Part shown: one piece after another, positions 62,120-64,000 of the stretch
Layout of the letters: every line of letters starts with the position of its first letter
Position numbering within the stretch: position 1 is the first letter of the stretch
DNA from: Thalia democratica
Taxonomy: Eukaryota
Length of the DNA: 64,000 nucleotides
Assembly (NCBI GenBank): GCA_965202585.1
Contig: OZ241832.1
Span: forward strand, 35,030,001-35,094,000
Reading direction: 5' to 3'
Made by a program: the position numbers and the translations under genes
The notes under the pieces: generated by a model
What the model was told of the DNA's origin: nothing
Databases searched by the model: none
Seen by the model: the letters and a program-made list of their open reading frames with translations, nothing else

Positions 62120-64000
62120 GGTATTCTTTGATATACGACCTGTTCGTATAGATAAATGTAGAACTTGTATAAGAGCCGTAGAAGGCGGATTGTATATACT
62201 TTTTCAAGATTAGAAACTTAAGAAATGTTAATAAATTTTCATATTTTAGTTATAATTTATTTTCTGTTGTAATAAACCCACGTTCGAAAAAATTCAAATA
62301 CAAAGCATTTAACACATTAAATACCAAATTCATTCCATTAAAAATACAAAGTTTTTGGTGTTAATTTCTAAATTTAAATATGTTTTAAATACCAAGTTGT
62401 ATTAATTAGATATTATATGTTTAACTTATAGGGTTGATTTTATATGTTATCACAAAAAAATGAATGCAAAACTTTTATTTATGAAACCTTAAACTAAGTT
62501 AAAATCTATTTTTTGAAGAATATTATAAAATGAATAGTAATACAGACTGTAAAGGTATAAAAATAAAGCATCTAATTTACTTAATTTTTAAACAAACTTG
62601 GATTTATTCGAAAAATTAAATTGCCTAAATTGTAAGTAAATTGGTATCTGAAACCATAGGGTTAGATTAACAGACGTAAATAAAACATGTTAAAATTTTT
62701 ACATTGGGCGTGAATTGTTTGAATGGAAGAATTTTGACTAAAATAACTTGAATGGAAACTTTTTGCCACAGATATTCTTCTTATACCTCATCAATGTAGT
62801 TCAGTTGTTTAAAAAAAAAACTTAAACAAACAAAAAGTTTCATGCACACAAAAAACTATAAACATACATTTATTACAAAGAAAACTATTGCTGTTTCGGA
62901 AAATTGTCTATATTTATAGAAAATGTATTAAAAGCATAAGTAGAATATCGAACAAACTTGTTCATATTTTTAATACTTCTAACTTTTCTATGACTTATTA
63001 TTTTTACACTGATGTGGTTCACAAACATGCAACGTAGGCGTTTTCTTAGAAATGGTTCAGACAACAAACAAAATGTAGTTTAGGTAAAGTATGATATAAT
63101 GCAACATAAGAAAGCACATGTGAGTTGAACATAAAATCTTTTCATTACTTCTTAGTCTTAAAAAAGTTGTGTACACTTGATGTTGTATTGTGTATACTCA
63201 GTGTGGTGTTGTAAATGCTCTACTACGACAATATCAATTACAGTAGATAAACTTATTGTAAATTTTACACATACTTTAATTATTCTGTTCAAAATTAACA
63301 GAATAGGTGGTTTGATATAAAGAACTATTAACCTTAGTTATTGAATTTTAGAAGTGTAAAGCTTTTTTTATGTTTTACTTACAGATGCATATCAACATCA
63401 TTAAAAGCAATTATTTACCACATTCTCAATTACAGTACAGTATTGTGTGAGTTTATACCTGTCACTTATATATTCTCAGGTCTAATTTTTATTATATTTA
63501 ATAACCCCTTTTGTGTTTTCATATTTTGGAGACTGTGTTGCATGTTTCACATACAATTTAATGTTGTTTAGCCAGAAATCACATTATCTTTTAGTTAAAA
63601 TTAAGAAAAACTCATAAACATAAAAAGAAATTCTAATTTTTAGCGGAAAGATTTAGTCTTTTTTGCACTATTAACAAACATATTATATTTAAATTAAGCT
63701 AAACTCAGTATAAAAGTTATTTTTTTTTTTTTTTATCTTTATCATTGCTTAGTTACATAAATTTTAAGCTTAAAGCACTTAACTTCTTTTATTTTTTAAC
63801 ATTATAAGTTAAATAAATAGTAGTTTTGAAAGTATCTTTCAAAATAACAAGTACAAGTGATCTATATGTTATAACATGCTACATAGTAAGTGCACTACAT
63901 AATCAAAAACTTAGGTTTATTTAACTAAGTATGTTTATATAGTTTAAATTAAACATACATAGGTACTGGTATATATTTTACATAAAAAAAAATTAAGTTT

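Noticed and set aside
1-64000. tRNA, rRNA, snRNA, spliced-leader RNA genes or CRISPR arrays
   Set aside because: No A/B-box cloverleaf, rRNA-like tract or regularly spaced repeat-spacer array was seen by eye. A covariance-model scan was not run.

Overview
AT-rich animal genomic DNA with GC-richer exons and GT-AG introns. The 7TM family and gene style suggest a tunicate or similar marine invertebrate; this is inference only. Eight protein-coding genes are supported. Three are intronless: an orphan 7TM protein, PIGC and LDHD. Five were assembled exon by exon with consistent splice phases: a 13-exon plant-type FAAH amidase, a short 6-exon EFCAB6-like gene, an 8-9-exon prostanoid-receptor-like GPCR, a 9-exon 599-aa secreted protein I cannot assign to a family, and a 4-exon small SRI-like domain protein. 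Repeats include an internally deleted pogo/Tigger element (TA TSD), a 2.45-kb decayed hAT element (8-bp TSD), Mutator-like MITEs (9-bp TSD), hairpin elements and a ~130-nt interspersed element with a covarying stem-loop. The most unusual items are a ~0.85-kb tandem array at 5.6-9.7 kb carrying small Gly-zipper/Leu-rich ORFs, the orphan two-repeat secreted protein, and the structured repeat family. No rRNA, tRNA or CRISPR array was seen. All exon models were made by hand and no database searches were run.
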